A DNA stretch of 64,000 bases. Origin: Anaerolineales bacterium (GTDB lineage: Bacteria; Chloroflexota; Anaerolineae; Anaerolineales; UBA6663). The stretch is taken from positions 336,176 to 400,175 of the forward strand of contig JBGAGY010000002.1 in NCBI GenBank assembly GCA_044226485.1, read 5' to 3'. Made by a program: the position numbers and the translations under genes. Under the pieces are notes generated by a model. The model had not been told where the DNA came from. It worked only from the letters and a program-made list of their open reading frames with translations, and ran no database searches. The stretch's first letter is position 1. Each line of letters starts with the position of its first letter. This document shows positions 28,520-38,408 of the stretch, piece after piece.

Positions 28520-29359
28520 ATGGCGCAGAACACGACAGGCACCCAAAGGCTCAAAGGCGTGGCGCGCGGCCTATTGGTCGGTGGGATCGCTTTGCTCGCG
28601 ATGCTGGCCTGGCTGGCCCCGACGCCGATCGTCAGCGACACACTGGCTCAGATCTTCGGCACGCCTCAGTATCTGCCGGTCATCATGCTCGAGGCCACGC
28701 ACACGCCGACCGTGACGCCGACGCCTACCGCCACGTCGACCCCGACGCGCACGCCGACCGTCACGCCGACGCCTTTTCCCAGCGGCATGGCGCGCAACGG
28801 CGGCTTTGAGATCGCCGACAACAACACGGGTTCAGGCGTCGCCTTCTGGCAGCCCTGGTGGGCCGAGATCCCAAAGTCCGGCAACAACTTCAACTACGCC
28901 TACAAACCGAACAGCTTCAATCGCGAGTGCCTGTCGACGGGCGCCGCCAGCGCGTTCATCTATTCAGGCGACTGCTCGCTCCGCATCCTCAACAACTGGG
29001 ATCCGTGGTGGGCGGGCGTGAAGGACCAGGTCAGCGTGACGGCTGGCCAGCGTTATCGCCTGACGGGCTTCGGCAGGGTGTGGATATCCAATGACTTCTA
29101 CCCGGCCCCGTCTGACCCGATCTGGCCGGTGTCGATGAAGATCGGCATCGACCCGAACGGCAACTGCGATCAATACGCGGCCAGCGTGATCTGGTCGGGC
29201 AGCATGGCGCCGCACAACACCTGGCAACAGGCGAGCGTCGAGGCCGTGGCCGGATCGAGCGGCAAGCTGTGTCTGTTCTTGAGCACCGATTATCGCGGGA
29301 GCAGTCGTCAGTTCATGGCCAGCTTCTGGGATTCGGTAGTCATGTCGGCCGTGCCGTAA
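28520..29359 (+). CDS. Exported protein with YLP motif, Pro/Thr linker and carbohydrate-binding-like beta domain
   Basis: Signal/TM segment, QYLPVIM, (TP)n repeat, NGGFE start of a beta-sandwich-like domain; GGAGG RBS. Confidence 0.8.
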   Translation: MAQNTTGTQRLKGVARGLLVGGIALLAMLAWLAPTPIVSDTLAQIFGTPQYLPVIMLEATHTPTVTPTPTATSTPTRTPTVTPTPFPSGMARNGGFEIADNNTGSGVAFWQPWWAEIPKSGNNFNYAYKPNSFNRECLSTGAASAFIYSGDCSLRILNNWDPWWAGVKDQVSVTAGQRYRLTGFGRVWISNDFYPAPSDPIWPVSMKIGIDPNGNCDQYAASVIWSGSMAPHNTWQQASVEAVAGSSGKLCLFLSTDYRGSSRQFMASFWDSVVMSAVP

Positions 29360-29407
29360 GCTGCGGCAGCGGTCTGACCGCCGTTCCAGCGATCTCGACC
29401 CGTCAGA

Positions 29408-29492
29408 CGGCCCCGTGCTCGCCGATCAGATGTTGGATGCTTCGCCCTGAAAGCGATCATCCACATGTCTGTGGTCGGCGGGCACGGGGCCG
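29408..29492. repeat. 85-nt imperfect hairpin between convergent genes
   Basis: CGGCCCCGTGCTCGCCGATC / GGTCGGCGGGCACGGGGCCG outer stem plus inner TGGATG/CATCCA and TCGC/GCGA stems. Confidence 0.7.
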
Positions 29493-29533
29493 CGCTATTC
29501 GGCCTGATCCTCCAAGAGACCCCGCAACCGGGA

Positions 29534-30118
29534 TCACTCTTTGGTGACCCCCAGGTGCCGCTCGATCCGCCGATCGGGCACGAGCCAGATGATCGCCACG
29601 ACCACATAGAGGGCATGGGCCAGCGTGGCGTTGACGAACGCCAGCGGCATGGCGATCCCGTAGAGCACAAGCGACGTCCATTCCTTACGCGGATTCCCGA
29701 CAGCGGTCGCCAGGAGCGAGCCTTTGCCCTGAGCCGCGACCAGGGCTCGATACAGCAGGTAATACGCGCCCCCCGCGCAGAACAGCACGAACCCATACAG
29801 GGCGGTCGGCCACGCCGCCCCGCTGTTCTTGTCGATCCAGGTGGTGACGAACGGCGTCAGCGACAGCCAGAAGAGCAGGTGCAGGTTCGCCCAGAGGACG
29901 CGCCCGTCGATCCGCTCCACGGCCTGGAGCAGATGATGGTGATTGTTCCAGTAGATGCCGACGAACACGAAGCTCAAGACGTAGCTCAGGAAAGTCGGGA
30001 TCAGCGGCACGAGGTCCTCCAGTGCGGCTCCGTGCGGCGCCCCGAGTTCGAGGACCATGATGGTGATGATGATGGCGATCACGCCGTCGCTGAACGCCTC
30101 AAGTCGTCCTTTGCTCAT
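29534..30118 (-). CDS. TMEM175 (DUF1211) family potassium channel
   Basis: RLEAFSDGVIAIIITIMVLE, YWNNHHH signature. Confidence 0.92.
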   Translation of the reverse strand: MSKGRLEAFSDGVIAIIITIMVLELGAPHGAALEDLVPLIPTFLSYVLSFVFVGIYWNNHHHLLQAVERIDGRVLWANLHLLFWLSLTPFVTTWIDKNSGAAWPTALYGFVLFCAGGAYYLLYRALVAAQGKGSLLATAVGNPRKEWTSLVLYGIAMPLAFVNATLAHALYVVVAIIWLVPDRRIERHLGVTKE

Positions 30119-30228
30119 GCCGGCTCCTCGATGATGATCTTGATCACGAAACGAGATGCAGAGCATATCGGGACGCGGTGGGCTCGTCAACGTGGAAGCA
30201 GCTACAATCACGGGCGGGGGACAGCGGC

Positions 30229-30852
30229 ATGCCATTCGCTTTGCTCGGCGCAACCGGGACCACGGGGCGGACCACGCTCGAGCACGGCCACACGGTGCAT
30301 GTGGTCGCTCGCAACCCGGCCAGCCTCGAGGGCCTGGGTGGCGGTGTGCGTGTTTGGAAGGGCGACGTACGCTCAGTCGCCGCCATGGCCGAAGCGTTCA
30401 CGGGCTGCGCCGCAGTCGTCTCGTGTGTGGGCGTGTCGAGCCCGATAAAAGCTCGCCAGGGCACCGATGTGTACTCGGCGGGCACCCGCTGCATCGTCGA
30501 TGCGATGCGCGCGGCAAGTGTGTCGCGTCTGATCGTGGTGTCATCGGCCGGCGTGGCTCCGCGCAAGGGAGCGCCGCTGATCTACAAACTCGTGGTCAAG
30601 CCGTTCTTCCTCGAGCCGGCTTATCGCGACATGCGCGAGATGGAGGCTTTCCTGCAGACGACCGACTTGGATTGGACGAGCGTGCGACCGCCGCTGCTGA
30701 CCGGCGGCCCGCTCAGGACAGACTACCGGCTGCAGGCCGATCGGAACTTCGACGACGATCGGCCGCTGCCCAGGGCCAGCCTGGCCCACTTTCTGGTGAC
30801 TGAGCTCGAATCGCCGCGCTTCAACCGGCGTGTGGTGGCGATTTCGGCTTGA
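30229..30852 (+). CDS. NAD(P)-binding oxidoreductase (flavin reductase/atypical SDR-like)
   Basis: LLGATGTTG, RLIVVSSAG, LDWTSVRP. Confidence 0.85.
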   Translation: MPFALLGATGTTGRTTLEHGHTVHVVARNPASLEGLGGGVRVWKGDVRSVAAMAEAFTGCAAVVSCVGVSSPIKARQGTDVYSAGTRCIVDAMRAASVSRLIVVSSAGVAPRKGAPLIYKLVVKPFFLEPAYRDMREMEAFLQTTDLDWTSVRPPLLTGGPLRTDYRLQADRNFDDDRPLPRASLAHFLVTELESPRFNRRVVAISA

Positions 30853-30882
30853 AACATTGGTGCCTGATCACGTTGGAGAACC

Positions 30883-31263
30883 ATGACCATCCTGCGACTC
30901 TCTCCCATCACGGCCTTCGTGGCCACTTCTGACCCAGCCAAGGCTCGCGCGTTCTACCGCGACGTCCTCGGCTTCACGTTGATCCGCGAAGAACCCTCGG
31001 TGCTGCTGTTCAGCCTGTACGGCGCCATGCTGCGCGTGAACAAGGTCGACGTCGTCACGCCGCAGCCTTTCACGGTGCTGGGCTGGACGGTTGACGACGT
31101 TGTGACCGAGATCGTGCCGCTCGTTGAACGCGGCCTCACGTTCGAGCGCTATCCCGACCTTCCTCAGGATGAGAACGGCGTGGCGCGCTTCCCGAACGGC
31201 GATAAGGTCGTATGGTTCAAGGATCCTGACGGCAATCTGCTCTCGGTGACACAGCTCGGCTGA
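30883..31263 (+). CDS. VOC/glyoxalase family protein
   Basis: ARAFYRDVLGF ... WFKDPDGNLLSV. Confidence 0.9.
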   Translation: MTILRLSPITAFVATSDPAKARAFYRDVLGFTLIREEPSVLLFSLYGAMLRVNKVDVVTPQPFTVLGWTVDDVVTEIVPLVERGLTFERYPDLPQDENGVARFPNGDKVVWFKDPDGNLLSVTQLG

Positions 31264-31269
31264 GCGATC

Positions 31270-31815
31270 ATGTCGGATCCCGTCATCGTGGAGCCCTACG
31301 ACCCGGTCTGGCCGGGTCGTTTTCGCGCGATGGCCGAACGGCTGCGCGCCGAACTCGGCGATCTGGCGTTGCGCATCGACCACATCGGCTCGACGTCGGT
31401 GCCGGGCCTGGCCGCCAAGCCCGTGATCGACGTCCTCATCTCGGTCGCGCATCTGGATCCGGTGAGTGCGTACGCACCGGGGCTCGAGCGCGCGGGATTC
31501 CACTGGCGCGCCAACAACGCCGACCGGCTCCACCGGTACTTCCGTGAGATCCCGGGAATGGCGCGCACGCACGTCCATGTGTATGAAGCCGGGAGCTGGT
31601 CGGAGCAGCTCAACCTGCTCTTTCGGGATTTCCTGCGCGCCGATGCTGACGCTCGTCGGCTGTACGCCGAAACGAAGGCCGCGCTGGCGATACGCTTTCG
31701 AGACGACCGGCCCGGCTATGTCGACGCCAAGGCCCCGACGGTCTGGGCGCTCTTGCGGCGCGCCCACGAGTGGGCTCAGACCGTCGGCTGGTCGCCCGGT
31801 CCATCCGATGCCTGA
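31270..31815 (+). CDS. GrpB family protein
   Basis: YDPVWP, IDHIGSTSVPGLAAKPVIDV, LFRDFLR, YAETK. Confidence 0.92.
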   Translation: MSDPVIVEPYDPVWPGRFRAMAERLRAELGDLALRIDHIGSTSVPGLAAKPVIDVLISVAHLDPVSAYAPGLERAGFHWRANNADRLHRYFREIPGMARTHVHVYEAGSWSEQLNLLFRDFLRADADARRLYAETKAALAIRFRDDRPGYVDAKAPTVWALLRRAHEWAQTVGWSPGPSDA

Positions 31816-31839
31816 CCTGCCATACAGGAGACCTGCCTC

Positions 31840-32511
31840 ATGACTTCAGCTCAATGGACGGCTGTCGATAGCTACTTTGAGGAGTTGTTCAACGCTCCTG
31901 ATCCCATACTCGATGCAGCGCTGGCGGACAGCGAACGAGCCGGTCTGCCGCAAATGGCAGTGACATCCAACCAGGGGAAGTTGTTGAACGTGCTGGCGAT
32001 GGCGACGGGCGCGCGGCGCATGCTCGAGATCGGCACGCTGGGCGGATACAGCACGATCTGGCTGGCCCGCGCCCTTCCGGCGGTCGGTCGGCTGATCACA
32101 CTTGAACTCGAGCCGCGCCACGCCGAGGTCGCTCGCGGCAATCTCGCCCGCGCCGGTTTGAGCGACGTCGTCGAGGTGCGTGTCGGCCGAGCGCTCGACT
32201 CGCTCGAGCGCCTGATCACCGAGAGGGCCGAGCCGTTCGACTTCATCTTCATCGACGCCGACAAGGCCAGCCTCACCGAGTACTTCGACGCAGCGCTCAA
32301 GCTCTCACGCCCGGGCACCTTGATCGTGATCGACAATGTGGTCCGCAATGGAGCCGTGGTCGACGCCGAGAGCACCGACGCGAGCGTGCAGGGCGTGCGT
32401 CGTTTCGCCGCGCACGCGGCGACCGATCCTCGGGTGATCCTCTCGGCCACGCAGACGGTGGGCGTCAAGGGCTACGACGGTTTCGCGTTGGCGCTCGTCG
32501 TGGCGGCGTGA
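31840..32511 (+). CDS. O-methyltransferase (caffeoyl-CoA OMT-like)
   Basis: LEIGTLGGYSTIWLA, FDFIFIDADK, DNVVRNG, KGYDGF. Confidence 0.93.
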   Translation: MTSAQWTAVDSYFEELFNAPDPILDAALADSERAGLPQMAVTSNQGKLLNVLAMATGARRMLEIGTLGGYSTIWLARALPAVGRLITLELEPRHAEVARGNLARAGLSDVVEVRVGRALDSLERLITERAEPFDFIFIDADKASLTEYFDAALKLSRPGTLIVIDNVVRNGAVVDAESTDASVQGVRRFAAHAATDPRVILSATQTVGVKGYDGFALALVVAA

Positions 32512-32584
32512 GCGGCATCGTTTGACACACTGGCCCGCCGGGGCGATACTGCCGCTCCTCGGCCACGTTGATAGGGGGATCGTC

Positions 32585-33097
32585 ATGTTCGACCTCGAAG
32601 CGCCACCCACGGCAAGTTGGGCTGTTCAGATTCTGACCGTCGACTACCTCATCGAAGGCACCGTCGACGCGTCGCGCGAACGCCTGGCTTTCAATCTCGT
32701 CTCCGGCGATGCGCGAGCGATACGGGTCGACCAACCCCAGGTGACCTCGACCGGCAGGCTCGACGTGCCGGCCCGGCCGACTGTGCCGTGGGCGCTTGTG
32801 TACGGCAACGAGTTGGTGGCCATCATTCCGCGTGATCAGGCGTCGTTGAATTACGCGCTCAGGGCCAACGACAACTTCAAGATCCCGATCCAGGGCGAAG
32901 TCTACGCGGGGCCTTACGTGTTTTCGGGCACGATCATGAGCCCTGATCGCAAGCTCAGGGTTCTGGAGGGCTTCGCGGGTGTCGTGCTGCAAAACGTGAC
33001 GATCGATTGCCTGGCGTCTGGCACGAGCATGTCGCGGCTGCAGGCGCCGTACGTCATGGTCCTCGGCAACCACAAGCACTTCCTCGTGTCTCACTGA
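32585..33097 (+). CDS. Hypothetical protein
   Basis: GGGGGA RBS before ATG 32585; beta-rich ~170-aa ORF filling the gap. Confidence 0.6.
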   Translation: MFDLEAPPTASWAVQILTVDYLIEGTVDASRERLAFNLVSGDARAIRVDQPQVTSTGRLDVPARPTVPWALVYGNELVAIIPRDQASLNYALRANDNFKIPIQGEVYAGPYVFSGTIMSPDRKLRVLEGFAGVVLQNVTIDCLASGTSMSRLQAPYVMVLGNHKHFLVSH

Positions 33098-33125
33098 GGC
33101 CGGGAGCCGGCCGCCGCGTATGGCC

Positions 33126-34298
33126 TCAGACGATGTCGGCCGGTTTGGCGTCGATCGTCTGGGCGTCGCGCCGCGGGGCGAGCCACCAGGCCAGCGCAAG
33201 AGCCGCCACGCAGGCCACGAGGCTGACCTGGAAGGGCAGCGCCGGGGAATTGGCGTATAGAAAACCGGCGAGCAGGGGCGCGATCGTGAGGACGGTGGCG
33301 GGCACCGTCTCGGCGATACCGTAGGCGAGGCCGAGTTCGGAAGGCGCGACCATGCGCCCCAGCTGAGCGGAGCCCATGTTGCGCGCGAGGTTGGCGCCCG
33401 CCCGCAGCATGTACGCCGCCGCCAGGATGGCGAAGTCACCCGACCCCAGAAACAGCGTTCCCCACAACACCATGAAGGCCAGCGAGAGCACAAAGCCGCG
33501 GCGCGGCACGGTGTGCCCCAATGCCAGGTTGAGGATCAACGCCCCGAGTGAGTTGAACGACCCGAGCAGGCCGACGGCATCGGTGTTCAGGCCGTGCACA
33601 TCGACGATGAAGTTCGACGCGAACGGCAGGCTGAGGTGGATCGCCACGAGCGCGGCGAAGTAGAGCAGCAGGAATTGCAGGAACGGCTTGTTGCGAAGCA
33701 GCGGACCATACCGCGTCCCGCCGACGGTGGGCCTGACCACAGGCTGCGGCGAGAGCGGCACCAGCGCGAGACACGAGATGACGAACAGGCCGCACGCGAT
33801 GCCGTACACGGAGCGCAGCCCAAAGGCGCTGGCCAGCATGCCGCCGAGCGTCGGTGACACGATGGCGCCGGCCATGAACCCCGCCGAGACCAGCGTCAGG
33901 GCGCGCTGCACGCTCTGCTTGCCACGCGCCTCGGAGATGTAGGCATTGAGCGGAGCGATGACGAAACCCGTGCCCATGTAGATCATCAGCCCGATCGTGA
34001 ACACGGTCAGGTCGGTCGCGAGATACATCAGCCCGGCCCCGACGGCGCCCAGCGCCCAACCGACGATCACGACCGGCCGTCTGCCGAAGTAGTCGGCGAT
34101 GGTGCCGGCCGGGATCAGCGACAACGCGGCTACCAACGCCGCGATCGACAGGACGGTGCCCGTGGCGACCGGGTCAGCGCCGAGTTGCTTGAGGTACAGA
34201 GGCTGGATGTAATAGAAAAGGCCGTCGCCAAGCCCCCAGAAAAACAGGGAGAACGCGATCAGGCGGTTGTCTCGGGTCAGTTGCAGGATGTCACGCAT
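33126..34298 (-). CDS. MFS transporter
   Basis: About 12 TM; GTIADYFGRR motif A; start uncertain (34298-34352). Confidence 0.9.
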   Translation of the reverse strand: MRDILQLTRDNRLIAFSLFFWGLGDGLFYYIQPLYLKQLGADPVATGTVLSIAALVAALSLIPAGTIADYFGRRPVVIVGWALGAVGAGLMYLATDLTVFTIGLMIYMGTGFVIAPLNAYISEARGKQSVQRALTLVSAGFMAGAIVSPTLGGMLASAFGLRSVYGIACGLFVISCLALVPLSPQPVVRPTVGGTRYGPLLRNKPFLQFLLLYFAALVAIHLSLPFASNFIVDVHGLNTDAVGLLGSFNSLGALILNLALGHTVPRRGFVLSLAFMVLWGTLFLGSGDFAILAAAYMLRAGANLARNMGSAQLGRMVAPSELGLAYGIAETVPATVLTIAPLLAGFLYANSPALPFQVSLVACVAALALAWWLAPRRDAQTIDAKPADIV

Positions 34299-34790
34299 GG
34301 AGTCGGTCACGTTCAGCCGACCGTCGAGGAGCTCGTCCGCGCTGGCCGGCATGCAAGTATAGCGGATGAGACTCTTCGTCGGCCCGACAAACAGCGTGCC
34401 GAACCTCGCTTACGACAACCGATAGGCCCACCTATCCCTCATGGCCGCTGGTTCACGGCGGCAGCCGGGCCAGGCGCTCGACCGACTTTGTGTCTGCCCT
34501 CCTGTCGTGTCGAGGGTTGGCCGTGCCGCATCCCAGCCCGGTGTGCCTTCCGCGCGTAGATGCCCTCGGTCGTCGTGTGATCGCTGCTCACGCAACCATG
34601 GCGTGACCCATCGGCTCGTCTCTCGAAGCTGATCGTTTGACACTTCACGCCCCTGTCTGCGTAGAGAACATTCGACAACTCTACGCGCCGATGAAACACG
34701 CAAATCGCCTCAGCACAGTCCAGTTTGTGGAAGGAACCGACGGAGGAAACCGGGGCATGCGTTAGACTCATCGGGCTACTTCAATAGGGA

Positions 34791-35264
34791 ATGAACATGA
34801 GCACAGCAGCCGAACTTGCAAGCGAGTTTTTGAGTCAGAAGCGCATCGCCGTCGCCGGTGTGTCGCGCTCAACGGATAGCACGGCAAAGGGCATCTGCGA
34901 GAAACTGGAGGCCACGGGGCACACCGTGTTTGCCATCAACCCGAACGCGGCCGAGATCGATGGCAGGGTCTGCTATCCCGACGTCGGCTCGATCCCGGGC
35001 GGCGTCGACGGAGTCGTCATCGTCACCACGCCGGCCGTCACCGAGCAGATCGTGCAGCAGTGCATCGCGGCGGGCGTCAGGCGCGTATGGATGCATCGCT
35101 CGATGGGCAACAGCGTTTCGGAGGCGGCCGTCGCGGCGGGCCGGGCCGCGGGCCTGCAGGTCATCGCCGGCGGTTGCCCGATGATGTACCAGGAGCCTGT
35201 CGACTTCGGCCACGCCTGCATCCGCTGGTGGTGCGGCCTGACCGGCAAGATCCAGGTAGCCTGA
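34791..35264 (+). CDS. CoA-binding protein (YccU-like)
   Basis: IAVAGVSR, INPN, CYPDV, VDGVVIV, VWM, GCPMM. Confidence 0.88.
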   Translation: MNMSTAAELASEFLSQKRIAVAGVSRSTDSTAKGICEKLEATGHTVFAINPNAAEIDGRVCYPDVGSIPGGVDGVVIVTTPAVTEQIVQQCIAAGVRRVWMHRSMGNSVSEAAVAAGRAAGLQVIAGGCPMMYQEPVDFGHACIRWWCGLTGKIQVA

Positions 35265-35271
35265 CTGGTCC

Positions 35272-36117
35272 ATGAGCCGCCACAGGCTGATCCTGATCGA
35301 AGGCGTGCCCGGTTCGGGCAAGACCACGCTGGCCGGCGACGTCCAACGCCTCCTCGCCACGCGCGGCGTGCCTGTTCGTCTTGTGATCGAGGGCGACCTC
35401 AACCATCCGGCCGATTACGAGATGGTCGCCCACTACACGGCCCAAGACTTCGAGGGATTGCTGACTCGCTATCCCGAAGAGCGCGCCGTGCTCGAGACAG
35501 GCGTCGAAGTTATCGGAGACGACCGCTTCATCCCGTTTCGGCTGCTCGAACAGCGCGCGTCGCCGCCGCTCTCAGTGGGGCTGCTCGATGAACTGGCCCG
35601 ACACGACGTTTACGAGACGCCGTTGCCCGCGACCTATTGCAGGCTGGCCATCGATCGCTGGGCGCGCTTCGTCGCGAAGGCACAAGCGGCGCCAGAAGTC
35701 GTCATCCTCGAGAGTTGTTTCCTGCAGAACCCGTTGACGGTTCTGCTGGCCAAACACAACGTCGCGCCCGAGGAGGCGGCCGAGCATCTGCGCCGCCTGG
35801 CCGAAACCGTCGCGCCTCTCGATCCGTTGCTCATCTACCTCTGGCAGCCCGACACGCGCGCCACGCTCGAGCACGCCGCTCGCGAGCGCCCTGCCGACTG
35901 GCTCAACTTCGTCGTCGGCTACGTCACACGTCAGGCCTGGGGTCAGGCGAACGGCGTGCGCGGCTTCGACGGCATGGTCGCGTTCTATGAGATGCGCAAG
36001 GCCCTGGAGTTGTACGTCCTGCCGGACCTGGGCATCGACACGCTGGACGTCAACAACACCGACAAGGCCGCCGCGCTCCCGATCGTTGCGGCCCGGCTCA
36101 AGGGAGCGAAGCCCTGA
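35272..36117 (+). CDS. P-loop NTPase/kinase-like protein
   Basis: LILIEGVPGSGKTT Walker A; function unclear. Confidence 0.75.
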   Translation: MSRHRLILIEGVPGSGKTTLAGDVQRLLATRGVPVRLVIEGDLNHPADYEMVAHYTAQDFEGLLTRYPEERAVLETGVEVIGDDRFIPFRLLEQRASPPLSVGLLDELARHDVYETPLPATYCRLAIDRWARFVAKAQAAPEVVILESCFLQNPLTVLLAKHNVAPEEAAEHLRRLAETVAPLDPLLIYLWQPDTRATLEHAARERPADWLNFVVGYVTRQAWGQANGVRGFDGMVAFYEMRKALELYVLPDLGIDTLDVNNTDKAAALPIVAARLKGAKP

Positions 36118-37079
36118 TGGAAATCCTGCCCGCTAACGTCGAGGACGCCGCCGAGATCCTGTCCTTGCAGAAACTGGCGTACTCAAGCGAGGCCGCGCTC
36201 TATGGCGATGAGACCCTGCCGCCGCTGACGCAGACGCTCGAACAGATGCAGGCCGAGTTCGAGCGCCAGATCGTGCTCAAGGCCGTGGTCGACAACGTGA
36301 TTGCCGGCTCGGTGCGCGCCCATCAGCGCGAGGGCACCTGCTACATCGGCCGCCTGATCGTCCATCCTTCAGCCCAGGGCCGCGGCCTCGGCACGCGTCT
36401 CATGACGGCGATCGAAGCGCGCTTCGCTGGAGCGGCCCGCTACGAGTTGTTCACCGGCGACCGCAGCATGCGCAACCTGCGCCTGTACGAGAAACTCGGC
36501 TACGTCCGTCAGCGGATCGAGTCGCTCAACGCCACGACCACGCTCGTGTATCTCGAGAAGCAGGGCCAGCCCGGCCCAACTCTCGAGACTGGGCGCCTGA
36601 TCCTTCGGCCGATGCGCGCCGACGACTTCGCGGCGCTCTGGCGCATCTTCAGCGACCCGCAGGTGATGGCGGCCTTCGCGGCCGAGCCGTTCGACCACGC
36701 TCAGATGTCCGATTGGCTCGGGCGCAACCTCGAGCATCAGGCCGAGCACGGCTGGGGTCTGTTCTCTCTCATCGACAAGACGCGGGGCGAGCTGGTCGGA
36801 GACTGTGGCCTCGAGGTGATGACTCTGCCTGACGGCGTTGTCGTCGCGGAACTGGGCTACGACCTGCGCAGCGACGTCTGGGGCCGGGGCCTGGCTACCG
36901 AGGCCGCCTGCGCCGTGCGCGACTTCGCTTTCGGGCAAGCCGGACAGACCCGTCTCGTCAGCCTCATCCGCGCGGGCAACGACCGCTCGCGCCGCGTGGC
37001 CGAGAAGGTCGGCATGACACTTGAGGCCACTGTCGAGCGCTGGGGCGTTCCCTACTGGCGTTATGGGCTTGCACGCTGA
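36117..37079 (+). CDS. Tandem GNAT acetyltransferase (GNAT + RimJ/RimL-type domain)
   Basis: VHPSAQGRGLGTRL, NLRLYEKLGY; then LETGRLILRP, ELGY, WGRGLATEAA, NDRSRRVAEKVG. Confidence 0.88.
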   Translation: MEILPANVEDAAEILSLQKLAYSSEAALYGDETLPPLTQTLEQMQAEFERQIVLKAVVDNVIAGSVRAHQREGTCYIGRLIVHPSAQGRGLGTRLMTAIEARFAGAARYELFTGDRSMRNLRLYEKLGYVRQRIESLNATTTLVYLEKQGQPGPTLETGRLILRPMRADDFAALWRIFSDPQVMAAFAAEPFDHAQMSDWLGRNLEHQAEHGWGLFSLIDKTRGELVGDCGLEVMTLPDGVVVAELGYDLRSDVWGRGLATEAACAVRDFAFGQAGQTRLVSLIRAGNDRSRRVAEKVGMTLEATVERWGVPYWRYGLAR

Positions 37080-37647
37080 ACCCGGCCGCATCCGCCTCGC
37101 CACGACCAGCGATCTCGGCTTCCTGGTGGCCTCCGACCTGGCGACCGGCAATGCCGAGGACGCGCTCCTTGGCGTTTCGCCGTGGCAGCCGAGTTCAGCC
37201 GAGGCCGAAACCCATGCGGCGAAGATCGCGCGCTACCTCAACGACCCTGACAAGGTCGCCTGGGTCGGCATGAGTGGGAAAGAGTCGCCCGCGTCCATGC
37301 TCCTGGCACGCTATCGGGACCTCGAGACCGAGCCGCGCGAGCGCCTGGCCGAAAGCTCCATCTTCCTCGAGCTCGACCGAAGCCTGTTCCCGGCCGATGG
37401 CCGGTTCTGTGAAGTCTTTCAGTTGTGGGTGGAGCCTGCCTGTCGCCGGCGTGGCTGGGCCATGGCCCTCAAGCGCCATCTCGAAGTCGATGCGCGTCGT
37501 CGAGGCGTCGGCGCGATCTACACGCACACCCTCGAGTCGAACGCCGCCGTCGTTGAACTCAACCTCAAACTCGGCTACCATGTGGTCCGCCGCGGCCCGA
37601 TCTGGGACGCAGCGACGCGGGTCAGCTTCATCAAAACGCTGGCCTGA
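37063..37647 (+). CDS. GNAT family acetyltransferase
   Basis: LWVEPACRRRGWA, NAAVVELNLKLGY; start uncertain. Confidence 0.75.
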   Translation: MGLHAEPGRIRLATTSDLGFLVASDLATGNAEDALLGVSPWQPSSAEAETHAAKIARYLNDPDKVAWVGMSGKESPASMLLARYRDLETEPRERLAESSIFLELDRSLFPADGRFCEVFQLWVEPACRRRGWAMALKRHLEVDARRRGVGAIYTHTLESNAAVVELNLKLGYHVVRRGPIWDAATRVSFIKTLA

Positions 37648-37669
37648 CTCCCGGCAGGAGAGCGACACA

Positions 37670-38317
37670 GTGGACCTCAAGCGCAAGGCCTTCGTGGCCA
37701 TGGCGGGCAACATCGGCGCCGGCAAGACGACGGCGGCCAAATTGATCAGCCAGGAATTCGGCTTCGAGCTCTTCGACGAGCCCGTGATCGACAACCGTTT
37801 CCTCAAAGACTACTATGCCGACATGCGGCGCTGGTCGTTCACGCTGCAGCTCGAATTCCTGATGCGTCGCGCCGAGCATCATGAGTTGATCCGCACGGTG
37901 CCCAAGAGCTGCGTGCAGGATCGGTCGCTCTATGAAGACCCCGAGATCTTCGCCAAGTACCTGCACGGCCTCGGCCACATGGACGACCGCGAGCTCGACC
38001 TGTACTTCGAGTACTTCAATCGGCTCAACCGCGACTTGCCGCGGCCCGACCTGATCTTCATGCTCGAGGTGTCCGACGTCTCAATCCTGCTCAATCGCAT
38101 CAAGGCGCGCGGCCGCAAAGAGGAGTCGGGCATCAGCCTCCAGTTCCTGGCCGGGCTCAACGCCTACTACTCGACGTTCCCGCAGGTCTGTCGCCTGAAG
38201 CACGAGATCCCGATCTACCAGATCTCGGTCGCCGACACCGACATCCGCACGCCTGAAGGCAAACACGACTTCCTCAAGCAGGTCGAGGTCGCGTTCAAGG
38301 ACTGCGGCATTTCGTAG
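37670..38317 (+). CDS. Deoxynucleoside kinase (dCK/dGK family)
   Basis: AGNIGAGKTT, DRSLYED, PDL, RIKARGRKEE; GGAG then GTG 37670. Confidence 0.92.
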   Translation: MDLKRKAFVAMAGNIGAGKTTAAKLISQEFGFELFDEPVIDNRFLKDYYADMRRWSFTLQLEFLMRRAEHHELIRTVPKSCVQDRSLYEDPEIFAKYLHGLGHMDDRELDLYFEYFNRLNRDLPRPDLIFMLEVSDVSILLNRIKARGRKEESGISLQFLAGLNAYYSTFPQVCRLKHEIPIYQISVADTDIRTPEGKHDFLKQVEVAFKDCGIS

Positions 38318-38408
38318 GGCGGGGCGCGAGGCGCGTTTTGTTCTGCGCGCGGCTGCCGCGCCAGATCGCTTCGGTTTCGCTCTTCGCGCCCCGCCCCTCG
38401 CTCCTCGA
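38316..38408. repeat. Degenerate heptamer inverted-repeat element
   Basis: GGGCGGGGCGCGA / TCGCGCCCCGCCC arms followed by CTCGCTCCTCG. Confidence 0.6.

Noticed and set aside
29408-29500. attC site
   Set aside because: Good hairpin but no AAC/GTT core sites at the ends, and the next gene is convergent
37274-37669. N-terminal extension of the deoxynucleoside kinase
   Set aside because: Overlaps the upstream GNAT gene; the RBS and GTG at 37670 give a normal-length kinase
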